A DNA stretch of 64,000 nucleotides from Lama glama (lineage: Eukaryota), in NCBI GenBank assembly GCA_028534125.1, contig CM052818.1, positions 20,524,001 through 20,588,000 on the forward strand, in the 5' to 3' direction. The position numbers and the translations under genes are program-made. A model generated the notes under the pieces. That model was not told the origin of the DNA and ran no database searches. It worked only from the letters and a program-made list of their open reading frames with translations. Positions 1-11,990 of the stretch are shown here, one piece after another (positions within the stretch are counted from its first letter, which is position 1; the number at the start of each line of letters is the position of its first letter).

Positions 1-80
1 AAGGTAACAAGGATTATTAGCCCGATTGCACGTATGAGAAAACTGAGATTAAGGAAGATAAACACAGCTAGTGAAAGTAC
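1..80 (-). mobile_element. MIR SINE fragment
   Basis: attattagcccg...atgagaaaactgag...cacagctagt. Confidence 0.55.
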
Positions 81-1324
81 ACACACACTGCACAACTGCA
101 GGGGGCACCATTCACATGGTAGTCTCTGCGGATGAGTCCCCTGGAGCTGGACAGCCAGAGGTAAGTGACAGAGTTAGAACGCAGACCCTCAGCTCCTGAC
201 TCTCAGAGTCCGATATTCCACCCACCACACCACACCTGTCCTGCAAGGAGCTCTGACCACTGGGCTCGCACCCGACCCATGCAACTGGCTTGGGTGTTGC
301 CACTGTGTGTCACTGTGACCCTCAGGTGTCTGCGTGCCTGTGTTTTGGGGTGACTGAGTTTGAGGCAAACGAGGTAAGAAATTCGCAGTCAAAGTTCCTC
401 CTAACCATAGCCTCAACTTTCACTGGAAACCTCTAGGCAAACCTCTCCTCAGAACAGCCCACAAAGGTCACACATGCCCAATTCGAGTTTCGTTTCCCTT
501 TCCACCTGTTGTCAGGCACTGAGGCCTAGAAAGAAGCAAAAAGTAAAGGGCGGGTCAGAAAAGGATGACTCCAGAAAGGAGAAGGAGAGGCTGGCACTGC
601 CTATGTTGCACCAATCAAGTTGTAGGTAACAGACTTTCTTTTTCACTTGGAGGAGGGTGGGGAGGAAGGGAGGAGGAAATAGGAGGGAGAAGAATGGAGA
701 AGACTCAGGGGTTCTTACCCAAAGCAGAGGATCCACTACCCAAGGCCTGCGCCCCTTTAGTGCTGGCTAGTTTCTCCTGGAGGCCCTTGGGCACACTCCT
801 GTCCCCCGAGGTGCCTGCCACAGAAGAGGCAAGCCAGACAGAGCAGAAGCCCTTCCTGCAGCAGGCGTCCTCCTCACTGCTGCTTTTTGGAAAGCACAAA
901 ATATGGAGGCACTACAATGGGCAAGTCTTGAGCAGCTGCTGGGTGCTGATTTTAGAGCTAGCCATCAATTAAACTAAAGACTCTTCATTTGAGGGGCTTG
1001 CTCCTATTGGGGAAGTGCACTGGCTGATTAAAAAGCAGAGGAAGCACATGCAATTAAATATTTTTAAGGGTTCCACTTGATTCACAGGCTTCCAAGAGCA
1101 CTTACTTTCATGCACTAAGGGGAGAGGAGGATTTCTTCTTTCTCTAACACCTTCCATGGTAATGCAAAGATATTACATAGGCTTTAGTGTACATCCCTGC
1201 AGGGCACAGGGGAGGGATTTAATACACATTTGTACATATGGGCTCAGTGGATGAATGGCCTGACTTTAAACTGGATCTGCACAACTGAATCATGGAGATG
1301 ATTTCCTTGGGAAGCCATCAACAT

Positions 1325-1870
1325 GTACACAAATGTTCCTAGCAGCTTCCTTCATAACAGTCAAATACTGAAAACAACCCTAATGTCCAAGAACAGGTAA
1401 ATGAATAAGCAAACCATACTGAACCCATATGATAGACGTTTACTCAGCAATAAAGAATGAACTACTAGTACATGCAACACAACGAACGCTAGGGGAAAGC
1501 AGCCAAAAGAGTATTTACTGTACTATTTTACTTACATGATATTCTTCTAGAACAGACAAAACTAATCTACAATGACAAAAAGCCTACTGGTGATCTTCTG
1601 GAGGTGGAGGCACAGAGAATCATTCAATCATTTTCTGAATACTGTGTTTTACAATATTAAAGTATATATTCAATTAAAAACAAAAACAAAAAGCCAAAGA
1701 GCCACAGAAGAACTTTGGGGGAAGATGAAAATTTTCTATATGTTAATTGGGTGGTGGTTACATGAATGTATATGTTTATCAAATCATATCAAGCCACACT
1801 TTTAAAATAGATGCATTTTTTTGCGTGTAATTGATACCTCAATGAAGTCATTTTTGAAAAAGGGAAAAAA
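1325..1870 (+). mobile_element. Old L1M 3' fragment
   Basis: aaatgttcctagcagc...aaacaaccctaatgtcc...tactcagcaataaagaatgaactac...tacctcaatgaag resembles an L1MC/ME ORF2 end and 3' UTR. Confidence 0.7.
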
Positions 1871-2289
1871 AAGAAGCCATCATTTCACATAAGGATTGCT
1901 CTACAATTTTCCCTTAAATAACAAATCATCTTCCCACCCTCAGGGCATTTAAAATTTCATATTCCATTTTTAAAAATAAAAGGGTTCATTCAGAGTTTTT
2001 CAAGAACACATCTGTCACACAACATGATGTACACCTACCTGTGTAGGCACAGATTCACACACCCACCCACGTGTGCAAAACACAGTCACAGGCACAGCCA
2101 CCTTCTCTGTCTTCTGTGATCAAAATACAGCAATGGCAAGAAACACACATCCAAAATGTAGGCTTAAGAGCTTACTGAAATATCTAAATCTGTCTTTCTG
2201 TGTGAGGATCTCAATTTCCTCATATGCAAAACAAAAGAATTAGACCAAATGCTCTAGAATGGTTTTTAATGACCTTAAGGACTGAAATT

Positions 2290-2690
2290 ATCTATGAATA
2301 GGAGACGGCTTAAATAAATTATGGGACATCGTTTGGTAGATCACTATCCAAGTCCTAAAAAAAAGTAGAAAGATCTATATGTACTGACCTATATGAAACT
2401 CTCTCTGGGATACATTAACTGGGGAAAAAAAGCAAGGTGTAATGTGTTTATTATGCTAGGCTACCTTGTGAATAAAATGGGTGTTTATGTGGGTATGCAC
2501 ACACACCCCCACACACTCACACTTGTTCTGCATAGATTATCACTAAAAGGAGCCTTAATCAACAGAAAACAGGGGTTGCCTCAAGGACTGAGGATTGAGG
2601 GGTCAGAAATCAGGAAAGGGGCATGATTCTTCACGCTACGTTATTTTGGACCGTTTGATTTTTAAAAATCGTGTTCTTGAGTTAACTTGT
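2290..2690 (+). mobile_element. Old L1ME-type fragment
   Basis: taaataaattatgggacatc...gatctatatgtactgac...aaaaaaagcaagg motifs. Confidence 0.5.
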
Positions 2691-3344
2691 TACAAAATTT
2701 AAGTCAATACCTTTTTTCACTACCCATTACTAGCCTCCAATTCCCTCAGAGAGCTTCGTCAATAAACACCCCTCAAAACTGGCCGACATGTTGCTTTCCC
2801 ACCCCCAGTAACCAGGTCCCAGGAACCAACCAGGCAGCAGCTTTCCGCGTGAAAGTCCAGCTGGCTGGACCAGAGGTCTACGTTACAGATCTCAGCTCTC
2901 CACAGGTTGCAAATGGAGTCAGCTCAAGTTTGCACCTGCTTCCTCTTTTCAACAGGCTCAGAAATAGACCCAGAGAGCTGGCCCCCTCTGATGACAGAGG
3001 TGGCTAAAAACAAATAAGTCTGTGTATGCAAATGCTTTCTCGAGCTGAGAAAACATCCAAAGGTGCCAATCCTAATGTCAAGAGTGTGATGGCTCACAAA
3101 GCATCGCTCAGTCATGGTGTAGTTTTACTCTCTTCTTTCATGGAAATGGCAGGACATGACTGTGTATCTTTCTAGAAGATGGTGATTGCAAACAGCAGGA
3201 AATGTAACCACTTAACCCCAGTGTTTGGAAGTAAAAAATACTCCACTACCCATCTGCATGTTGCATTTTGCTTTGCAGTGCTCTCTCTCGCTGGGTGTAA
3301 TTGTACCTGTGTGTTTTATCCCTGTTTTTTACACTAAGCCAATT

Positions 3345-3560
3345 GCAATGATTGAGAGTGAAGGCTCCGAAGCTAGCCTAACTGGGTCCAAATCCCGGCT
3401 CTGCCTATTACAAGCTGTGTGGCGCTGGCCCCGATTTCCTCACCTACACGTTGAGAACGCCAGTGGCACCTGCTTCATAGTGCTGGGAGGATGAACTGAG
3501 AGGGTGAAGCACTTGGAGTGGTGCCTGGCTTACAGCCAGCATCCTCTAAATATCAGCTGT
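3345..3560 (+). mobile_element. MIR SINE
   Basis: ctgggtccaaatcccggctctgcc...tttcctcacct...tgaagcacttggagtggtgcctggc. Confidence 0.7.
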
Positions 3561-3934
3561 CAAGTCATTGTGCTTATTTACCGCCTAGACTGTAAGCCCC
3601 TCTCAGGCAGAGCCACGTGTTCCCTTTGTGGGGGGTTCCACAGGTCTTGAGCCAGGGCTGGGCTCCAGGCAGGGGAATCGGCTGAGGCGCCAAGTGGAAC
3701 TGAATGGATCCACGTGGAACAGAGCCAGCTTAGTCGGGAGCACAGGAATGTGCAACCAGAAGAATTATCTCCAGACCAGGAACTTTTCTGTCTCTGTAAT
3801 ATCACAACCTAGCAGGACCTTTCACCAGCAGCGGCTCACAAAGATGTTGAGTTCCTGACTCCTGTAAGACATTATAACTGTTATTCAACACTTTGAGCTC
3901 TTCATGAAGAGAGACTCTTTCATTCACAGTAATA

Positions 3935-4130
3935 ATCACAACTCTAATAAACACCCTTTACGGAGCACTTTATGTGTGTTATCTGGGTTAGGGAGGCGAT
4001 ATCCTTATCTTTGGGAACCAGAAAATGGAGGCTCAGGGATTTAAGTGTCTTGCTCACATTCTCTCAGTGTGAAGAAGAGGAGTCTGGATTAAGGCGGACT
4101 CTCCAACTCCCGACCCAATGCTCCCGTTAC
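3935..4130 (-). mobile_element. MIR SINE
   Basis: gaaaatggaggctcagggatttaagtgtcttgctca core. Confidence 0.6.
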
Positions 4131-4699
4131 CTTGGGCCAGACAACGGCAGGGACTCAAGGAGATCCTGGAGCAAGAACACATCATGAGCTGTCCAAGGAG
4201 CCCAAGCTGTGTGCACAATGGGAGAACTGTCTCCTGGGCACAAGAACAATGAAAGCAAAGTTTTCCATTGTCCTCCTGGAACTCATAGTTGAAGGAAACA
4301 CCAACCCCACAGCAAAACAGCTGGGAGGCTCAGACTATGAGACAGAAACACAGGGCAGGATGCTCAGCTTCTAAGAATAAATGTCCTCCTGGAAATACTG
4401 CTGTATGGTGATTTTCTACATATCAAGTCCTGTTTGCCACTGCTTTGCATCATATAGCTGGAACCATATCCTATGAGTAAAAGAAGGATCTGACAAAAAT
4501 CACAGCAATACAAACCAAAAAACACACAAACAAACAAAAAAACCCAGAAATTTTTAAAAATCACACAAGCATGGAATCTAAGAGTCATAAGCAACTTCAA
4601 AATCACTTGGTTCAATTAAGCAAAGAAATACAAATTTAAACAAGCGAAAGGTTTTCTTTTTCTTTTGCCTATCAAAGTAGCCCAAGTTTCTTTTGGGCT

Positions 4700-6850
4700 G
4701 TGTGTTCTTGTGTCATTTGTTTATTAAAATATAAACAAAAGTAAGTTCCATGATGTGTTCAGGTTTTAAAAATCCAAACTACGTGTGAACTTACGATGAG
4801 AAACAGCAGTCCCTTGCCCCGTACTCCCCAGAGGGAACCAATTTTAATAATTTCTATTTGGGTTTTTCTGGTCACCGCTGCCATGTCCCTAAATAAAACG
4901 TTTGTACCTCAATTTCCTGATTTCTTATTTTAGACACTTGTTCTTGCCATGCTGCTGTGCTAGATGAGGATTAGTTCACTCACCACCTCACCCCACAAAG
5001 TAACTACACATCACAATTCTCAGTCCCTTCTCTCTTCTCTACAACTGGAAGAAGCAATCTGAAATGTCAGTTTCTTGTTTCATGAACTATAGACAGTATC
5101 CCTGGACCCTCCACATTCTAACTAGAGGACATGCGTGCTTCCAGCCCTCCCCAGGCTCTGCCCACCTCTGTCTTTCCTGTCAGGCTCACAACGTTGACAA
5201 CACTGATATCCTCTTCTAATCGTAGTTCAGTTCCATGTTTTGTGTAAACTTTGGTTCTGAAATCTGAAAACGAATTGTTTACTCAGTATCATAACTTTGT
5301 AAATGATATCACATACACTTTCTTTTCTACAGGCTCAATGTGACAATCCATGTGCCACTCAATGGAGAATATACTGAGCATCATTTCAAACGGATTCCTT
5401 TTTTTTTTTTTTTCACTCTACCAGTTGCCTTTCTCAGATCCTCAAGTGTTCCCTGGGTCCATTTCTCTCAGGGTCTGCCCTTCTGGAGACCCTCTCCCTA
5501 ATCTAGAGTGACTGCTCTCTGGTCCCCTGCTAAGCCATAGTACTGAGATTTATTTTCACTGATCTGCTGGGTGCAGTCCTGTTGATGGAATCCATAGTCT
5601 TACCTGTTCTAGGCGATCCCCTTGTCTTTGCCAATTAACTACATTCTGATTGAAATATTGTTTAAGAGTGCATAGAAAGCCAGATTTCTAAGACCTTGCA
5701 TGCCTGTCGTCACACATGATTGACATTTTGGCTGGATATAGAATTCTAGGTCAAAAAAAATCATTATCTATCAGAATTTTCTTCAAACATAAATATTGCC
5801 AATGGACTGTGATGTCAGCCTGGTTACTGTGGTTTAGTAGGTGACTTCATTTTATTTTCACTCTCTGGAGGTTTTAGGATCTTCTTTTAATCTCAGTATT
5901 CTGAAATTTCACAATGATGTCTTAGGGTGTCCTTTTTTGAATCATTGTACTTATTCTTTTGATTTATTGGATTTGTGGGAGATATTCTTCTATTTGTTCT
6001 TTGCTATTGGCCTCTTCATTTCCTCTATGACACTCCTATTATTTGGATCAGTAGGATTAATCCCTATGTCTCTTTACCTTTCATTACATACATTTCCATC
6101 TCTTTTCTCCTTTCAGTCCATATTCTAGATTTCTTTGACTTTATTTTATAATCCTTCCACTGAACTTTTAAATTTCTAATGATAATATGCTGAGTTTCCA
6201 GAAGTGCCTTCCTATTTTCTCTGGCTTCTTTCTCATAGCATCCTTTTCTTTCTTTTCTTTTTCATTTTCTTTTTTTTTTTTTTTTTTTGGTTTATGGACA
6301 CAAGATATTTCTGTGAACACAGGGTTAGAGACTGGGAGCCGGCCATGATAGCAGGGGGTTCTCACGCCAGCTTTGCTAGTTCTCCCCCAAACCATTATAT
6401 CATTTCTTTTTAAAAGAACCTTCTAACTTCTGACCCTGGGAGTCAAGGTCTGGGTCCACGTCCTTCCGTAATGAGAGTAATGAGTATACCCGCTACACAT
6501 ACCACATACAGACCTTCAAATAGTCATTTGTTTTCAGCTGCACATCTCACTCCTGCCTCTGGGGTAACTACAGTCTCCATGCCTGGAGCTCCTTAAGGGT
6601 TCTGGGGCTCTCGGCTAGGCTCCAGGACCTTCCACACACGTCCTGGACTATGCTGTCCTTGTACTTCTATTCTGTTCCATCACTGCCTCCCTGCCCTCCC
6701 CTTTCATCTCCTAGAAATTCACTGAAATAGTTTGGATGGTGGCATCTTTCTGCTCACTTGTTATAAAATTTTACCCCCTCCCCAACTTTTTTCCTTTTCT
6801 ATTATTTAAATGAGGTCTTGAGTAGACAGAGAAACACATTTTCTCCAAGA
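4700..6850 (-). mobile_element. Degraded antisense L1M/HAL1-like region
   Basis: T-rich tract with ttggctggatatagaattctagg and ttctgaaatttcacaatgatgt, motifs typical of antisense old L1 sequence. Confidence 0.5.
6243..6288. repeat. T-rich low-complexity tract / poly(T)
   Basis: cttttctttcttttctttttcattttc followed by about 19 T. Confidence 0.85.
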
Positions 6851-6899
6851 CCACCTTGAACAGAAATTCCAAAAACGTATCATCTTAAATGATATTATG

Positions 6900-7460
6900 C
6901 AGGGCTGTGAGAGTGGAGCAGAAATAGGCACCTTTACACACTGCTAATGAAATATAAATTGGCACAAAATCTGTAGGGTGCTTTGGTATTATATAACAAA
7001 AATCCTTTGACTTAGCAATTCTGTTTCTGGGAATTTATCCCAAATCACACACGTGCAAAAAGATTTAAATACAAGGATGATTATTACAGCATTTCCAAGG
7101 GTGTAAAATTAGAAACGAATTGTCCAATAATAGCAAACTATTTAAATAAATTGTGGCATATTTGAATCATTAGATACCATGCCATCATAAAAAAGATCTT
7201 ATAGAATCATATTTAATGACATGGAAAGATGTTCAAAATATGGTATTAAAAGTGGAGGAAAAAAGAGATTATAAAAAAGAGATCATGTATACTATGATCC
7301 GACTTTTTAAAAATAAAATGTGTGTGAGTAGGTACATACACAAAGGAAAACCAATTATCTACAGGGGGATGGAACGATGTGTGATTTTTCTCTTGTATAT
7401 TGCCATAGTTTTTCTAAATTTTGTCTTTTCCTCTACTTTCTTCTGTAACTATAATTGAAA
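6900..7460 (+). mobile_element. L1ME-type ORF2 end/3' fragment
   Basis: cactgctaatgaaatataaattggcaca...tttgacttagcaattctgtttctgggaatttatcc...taaataaattgtggcata. Confidence 0.7.
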
Positions 7461-8651
7461 TATCAACCAATAAACTCATTGTTGCTTGAAGAACATTACG
7501 TAATTCAATACATATCAATCCCCTCATTTACAAGTAAGGAAACTGAGGCCCAGTGAGATTAAACAACCCACTCAGGAATCTCAGTAAATTACCCATAGTT
7601 GGAAAAAAAAAGATATTCTGTTGTCCTGATTTTCATGGCAGAATTCTTTAAGGTGCAAGTTAAAAATGAGACAAATTATGTTAAATTTACCTTTTTCTTT
7701 AAACGAGTAATTTTCTGGTCAAATGGTAACAGCACTGCTTGGTCCTAATCACCAGTTATGAGTGGTTAGTGGCCAGGCATATTCCTTAGTTGGATACAGT
7801 TAGAAACTTTTAAGAGAAGCTTTACTAGCTCAACCGAATAGAATCCACCAGACTAAAAATCCTTTGCTTTGATCAAATCTCCTTCTCTATACGATGGTGT
7901 TCCTCCATTTTTGTGGGGTGGTGTGGCCCACATTTTTATACTTTATACTGTTAGCCTTTAAACTACCTTTCACGTAACAAACTTTCATAACCACATAGCC
8001 TTTGTCAGTCACTCATGAGCAAACATTTCCACTATGACATGACCACACAGGGCTGTCACCTAGCCATGCATGTCACCAGCTTTGTTTCTACAGGAATCTT
8101 TTGGAATATATTCTCCCACTTGTCCTCAATGTTCTCTAAAACATATAACTTTCTCAAAAATTTATAAAAAATAAAAAATGGTTCTTGGTTCTATGAAAAC
8201 CAAGCATAGGTCTCAAACTCATGTAATAGAGAGAAAAATGGAATTTACTAGGCATGTCAAAATCAGTAAACTCTTACTCTCAATTGGACGTTCATTAGTT
8301 GACTGTTGAATTTTAAAGGAAACATTATTTTTTTAACTTTTAGACTTTGTGTCAAAATGGTGAAAAAGATGTATATAAGAAGTCTGGCATAAGTTGCAGT
8401 TTTCTAGAAAAAATAATCTACCTTAACAGGTAACCTAATGAGCAAGTGGGAATGTTCAAGTGGGTTTTTTCAGTAAATAAATAAATATACAAGTTTCTAG
8501 GTACAAATAATAGATGAAAGCAGGGACTATCTATTCTCTGAAAATGGACAACTCTAGTTACAATTCTCTGCTTGTTTTCTACATCTTTATGAAACCCTGG
8601 GCCTTATAAAATGAACAGGCTAATGCAGCTGAACTCACAAATTAGACTTAC

Positions 8652-8699
8652 GTGTGCTGAAGCTCCCACCAATATCTAAAATAGAAGGGAGGATGTTTC
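8652..8699 (-). CDS. Candidate small internal exon of an unidentified host gene (48 nt, or 24 nt from 8675 using the inner acceptor)
   Basis: Minus strand reads ttttctgttccctttgctgtgtgattcag|GAAACATCCTCCCTTCTATTTTAG|ATATTGGTGGGAGCTTCAGCACAC|gtaagt. Consensus GTAAGT donor (8651-8646) and two pyrimidine-preceded AG acceptors 24 nt apart. Both lengths are multiples of 3. Phase-1 frame xNILPSILDIGGSFST is open. Flanks are repeat-free. Confidence 0.4.
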
Positions 8700-9289
8700 C
8701 TGAATCACACAGCAAAGGGAACAGAAAATTGTCTGTTCAAGTCTGAATGTCAGAATAGTTCTGAACTCGGGGCCTTCTGTTGTGGACATTAGACTCCCAT
8801 ATGATATTCTGGACGAGCACAGAAAAGCCTTTCATCACACGTATGTTGTGCTATAGACCATACGGGAGGGGTTCTTACTTACATCTCTTTTTTTACCATT
8901 TTGATACAGTCATTAATTAAGGGAGGCAGGGGTTGGTATAAATAGGAGAATAAGCCACTAGCCAAGCACAAAAAGAGTCCTCAGACTTTCAAAGGCATCA
9001 AAGGAGAATAAAGTTTAAAACTTTCAAGTCTATCCTTAGAAGAGTCAATGCTTTGTTTATGGCCCAGAATAGATGTTAACAGGAATCAAGTTTTACTTTA
9101 TAGATTTTTTCTAATGTGTTGGACCTTTTGTTGGTTTCCCTTTAGAGCATTTCACGTCTCTTTTGTAAAAAAGCAGGTTTCAAAGTTTGGGTTTGGTGAC
9201 AGTGTTAATTTATCTGAGGTCATCAAGGAAAGCCTTCTGATACTCAAGGAGCCAGGCCTGCGGATTTCGGGGAGATAACAGGTGCATAA

Positions 9290-9790
9290 CAGGCAGAGTG
9301 ACGAGCAAGCACAGAGGCTCAGAGGTGGGAGAGGACTTGGACTTTGCCAGGATAGATGAGGTCACAGGGTGTGGTAAATCCTGGGCTTTGGCACAAAGCA
9401 AGTTGAGGAGCCAGAGGGGAGCCTGAGCAGAGCAGTGACAGGCTGTGGCTGGCACTTTGACAGGATCACTCTGGCTACTGTGTGGAGAATAAACCTTAGG
9501 TCCGAACAGGGAAGCAGGAAGGCCACGTAGGAGTCTGTGGCGATAACCCAGGTGAGAGATGGAGGCTCTCATAATTCAGGTGGGATGAGGCTGGCTAGGA
9601 AGGAGTGGTAGTAGTGGAGGCGATGGGAAGCAGTCAGATTCTGACTATATGTTGAAAGTGGAGCCAAAAGGATTGTCGATGGATTGGACACAGTGTGGGA
9701 GATAAAGAGAGGGCTCGAGGCTAGCATGAAGATTTAGGGCGTGAGCAAAACATAAAGCTGTCCCTGGCCGAGCAACAGAAAATTGGGAGT
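9290..9790 (-). mobile_element. L2 LINE fragment
   Basis: aggatcactctggctactgtgtggagaata...ccaggtgagagatgg...cagattctgactatatgttgaa...gatggattgga. Confidence 0.8.
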
Positions 9791-9802
9791 AGGGCACCCA
9801 GA

Positions 9803-9843
9803 GCTGGGTTTGGACAGGCTGGGTTTGGACAGGCTGGGTTGGA
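9803..9843. repeat. 15-bp tandem repeat, about 2.7 copies
   Basis: gctgggtttggacag gctgggtttggacag gctgggttgga. Confidence 0.9.
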
Positions 9844-9904
9844 AACACCTCCAAGAGAGCCGAGGGCAGGGGAAATGTCCCAGCTTAAGATCTTGATCCA
9901 AAAC

Positions 9905-10215
9905 CCCTGACCCACAATCCTGACATTCAAAACACTCTAAAAACTGAACTTTTTTCGAATTGCGGGTCAAAATCTTTTGACAACAAACCCCGACCCAAGT
10001 GACACGTGGCTATTTATTGTCTCTATTTATTCCAATTAGTGTGAATAGTTATACAGTTGTCCTGGAGAAATATTAATTTGTTTGATCATGAAGGGCTGTC
10101 CCTGAATCTGCTGGGGCTCTTATGTAATACACAGCATAACCTTCTAGAATACAAAAAGTCTGAATTTCTAAACAAATCTGGCCTCGGGGGTTTTGGATAA
10201 TGAAATGGATCTGTA
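9905..10215 (-). mobile_element. MER46C-like TcMar-Tigger MITE
   Basis: ccacaatcc...gctatttattgtctctatttattccaattagtgtgaata...aaatattaat...tctggcctcgggggttttggataa...ctgta matches the recalled MER46C consensus in reverse. Confidence 0.7.
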
Positions 10216-10373
10216 GTTTGAGCCATGAGAACAGACAGAGATGGGGAAGAGGAAAGGGACCTGCCCAGATGTCTGAAAAGACCTCGACACAGAGGCCCAG
10301 CCTCCACCGCCCTGGGCAGGGTCTGCTCTGACTTGCCTCCTTCCTCCCTCCAAAGCGCCACCACCAAACGCAC

Positions 10374-10425
10374 TCATCGCAGACCCGCGGCTGATGAAAG
10401 CCTTGGTGTTTTCAGCGTTCTCCAT
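10374..10425 (-). CDS. Candidate coding part of an alternative first exon (MENAENTKAFISRGSAM + 1 nt)
   Basis: ATG in good Kozak context (gagacATGG), 17 codons + 1 nt, then GA|gtgcgt (moderate donor). About 7 CpG retained in 10350-10440. Motif-rich, repeat-free sequence lies upstream (10480-10680). Confidence 0.3.
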
Positions 10426-11739
10426 GTCTCCAAAAGCGACAGCAAAACACTTCTCTGTCACACACTCTCTCACATGTACACATACACAGAGTAGTTTTTA
10501 TTAAGCCTGATGTGCTGCTGATGTCATGCACCGCTGAACTAACTTGCTGTATCTGTCAAAAGGTGGGGTTCGTGTGATGAGGAAAAAAAAGTAAAAAAAC
10601 TGAGCTAATGTTTGAAGCTAGCATAAAGGCATTTCCTGTTTCTGGGAAGCCTGCCTGCCTGCTGCTGTTGCTCTAACAGATTCCCTCTTCCCACCATTAA
10701 ACACCCCAGATCTACAATTCAATCAGGACAGACGCCATGGCAAGAGGGTGGCGGTAGGGCACCCCAAGTCCCAGACCTGTTGCAAGAAAACAATGGAGCA
10801 AGAGGCTGGGTGCCTGAGACCCCTGCCCAAGGTGCCCTCTTAGACCGCAGAGGTACAAGGTCCCCACAGGGGCAGCCTTGTGTGTTCTAAGGAAAGACAC
10901 AGGAAAGGGGCAAGAGGATTCAGAACCACGGCCAGGGGAGGATGAGCCTGCCATAGCCGCTATTATGGAAGCTATTCCCATGTTCATTCCTGTGGGTAAA
11001 CATGCTCCAGAGTGGGTGGCTTTGCTGAAGGTAAGGAGTCTTGTCACCAGTCAAAAATAAAAATGAAAAGGTAGTCCCATCCACCGATCCATCTAGCCCA
11101 CCAAATGGACCCCGGTTCTGCTGCCTTTCCAGGCCCCACTACCCAACCTCCCTCAGCCACTCCCCTTGCCCTGGATGCGGCTTCCTAGGATCATAAAATC
11201 TCCGTATTCACCTAAATCATTCGCACATTCAACTTCTAAGGAAGAAAAGACAAGAAAGCTCTACCAGAAGTTCTGGGAGCCCCATCATTCATAAACAGAT
11301 GAGCAGCATACAATGGGTAAGAAAATCCCCACAGAGGCAGGGGACGGTGATAACTAAATACCAACTGGAAAATCAGTCATTGGTCCTGGTGACTGTTGAA
11401 AAGGGATGGTAGATACATGGAAGTCCATTATTCTACTCTGGCTACTTCTGCATGTGTTGGAAAGTTTCCATAATAAGACGTAAAGAGGAAGAAGGGGAGA
11501 AAAGAGGAAGTGGACAACTCCAACATCCCAGTGCTAATCCTAGCCTTTCCTAAAGGCCTTAACTGGGGAGCGGGGTGCCTTATTTAACCCCAAACCTTCC
11601 CACCTCCAGTCGCAACCAGTCTAACCCAACGCCCCACTGGGGACAAGGGACAAATAAATCTAAGCCACAGCTGCCCATTCTGGCCCTCCTCTGAAGAGAT
11701 TCCCGCGGCCTTTCCCTGTCCTCTCCTGCACATGCAGGA

Positions 11740-11990
11740 GGTGTGGGTTGTTTTTAATGTTTGTTCGGGATTCACAAATGATAAGTGCTTTGAAGAAAAA
11801 AGGAGTTGATCACTTCATCCTTCCCTGTCTTCACAGAGATGTTTTCCCTTGCTTCAAAGGCCGTCTGCTTACCTTAGATGATTAGGGAGGATTAATAGAA
11901 CTAATTGTGTTAACAATATGACTGTCCTGCTGAAGCCTGCAAATTATCCCTGATTCCCTTTGATTGCCTTGAGATTACCTCACCACCACC
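11740..11990. promoter_or_regulatory. Putative enhancer with three TCF/LEF sites
   Basis: ctttgaa 11788-11794, ttcaaag 11853-11859, ctttgat 11958-11964, SOX aacaat 11912-11917, several TAAT/ATTA cores. No recognisable repeat. Confidence 0.4.

Noticed and set aside
9803..9843. CRISPR-like array
   Set aside because: Head-to-tail repeat with no spacers in mammalian DNA; no cas genes.
11873..11936. 64-nt minus-strand exon ending AAG|gtaagc
   Set aside because: The acceptor lacks a pyrimidine tract; the region is better explained as an enhancer.
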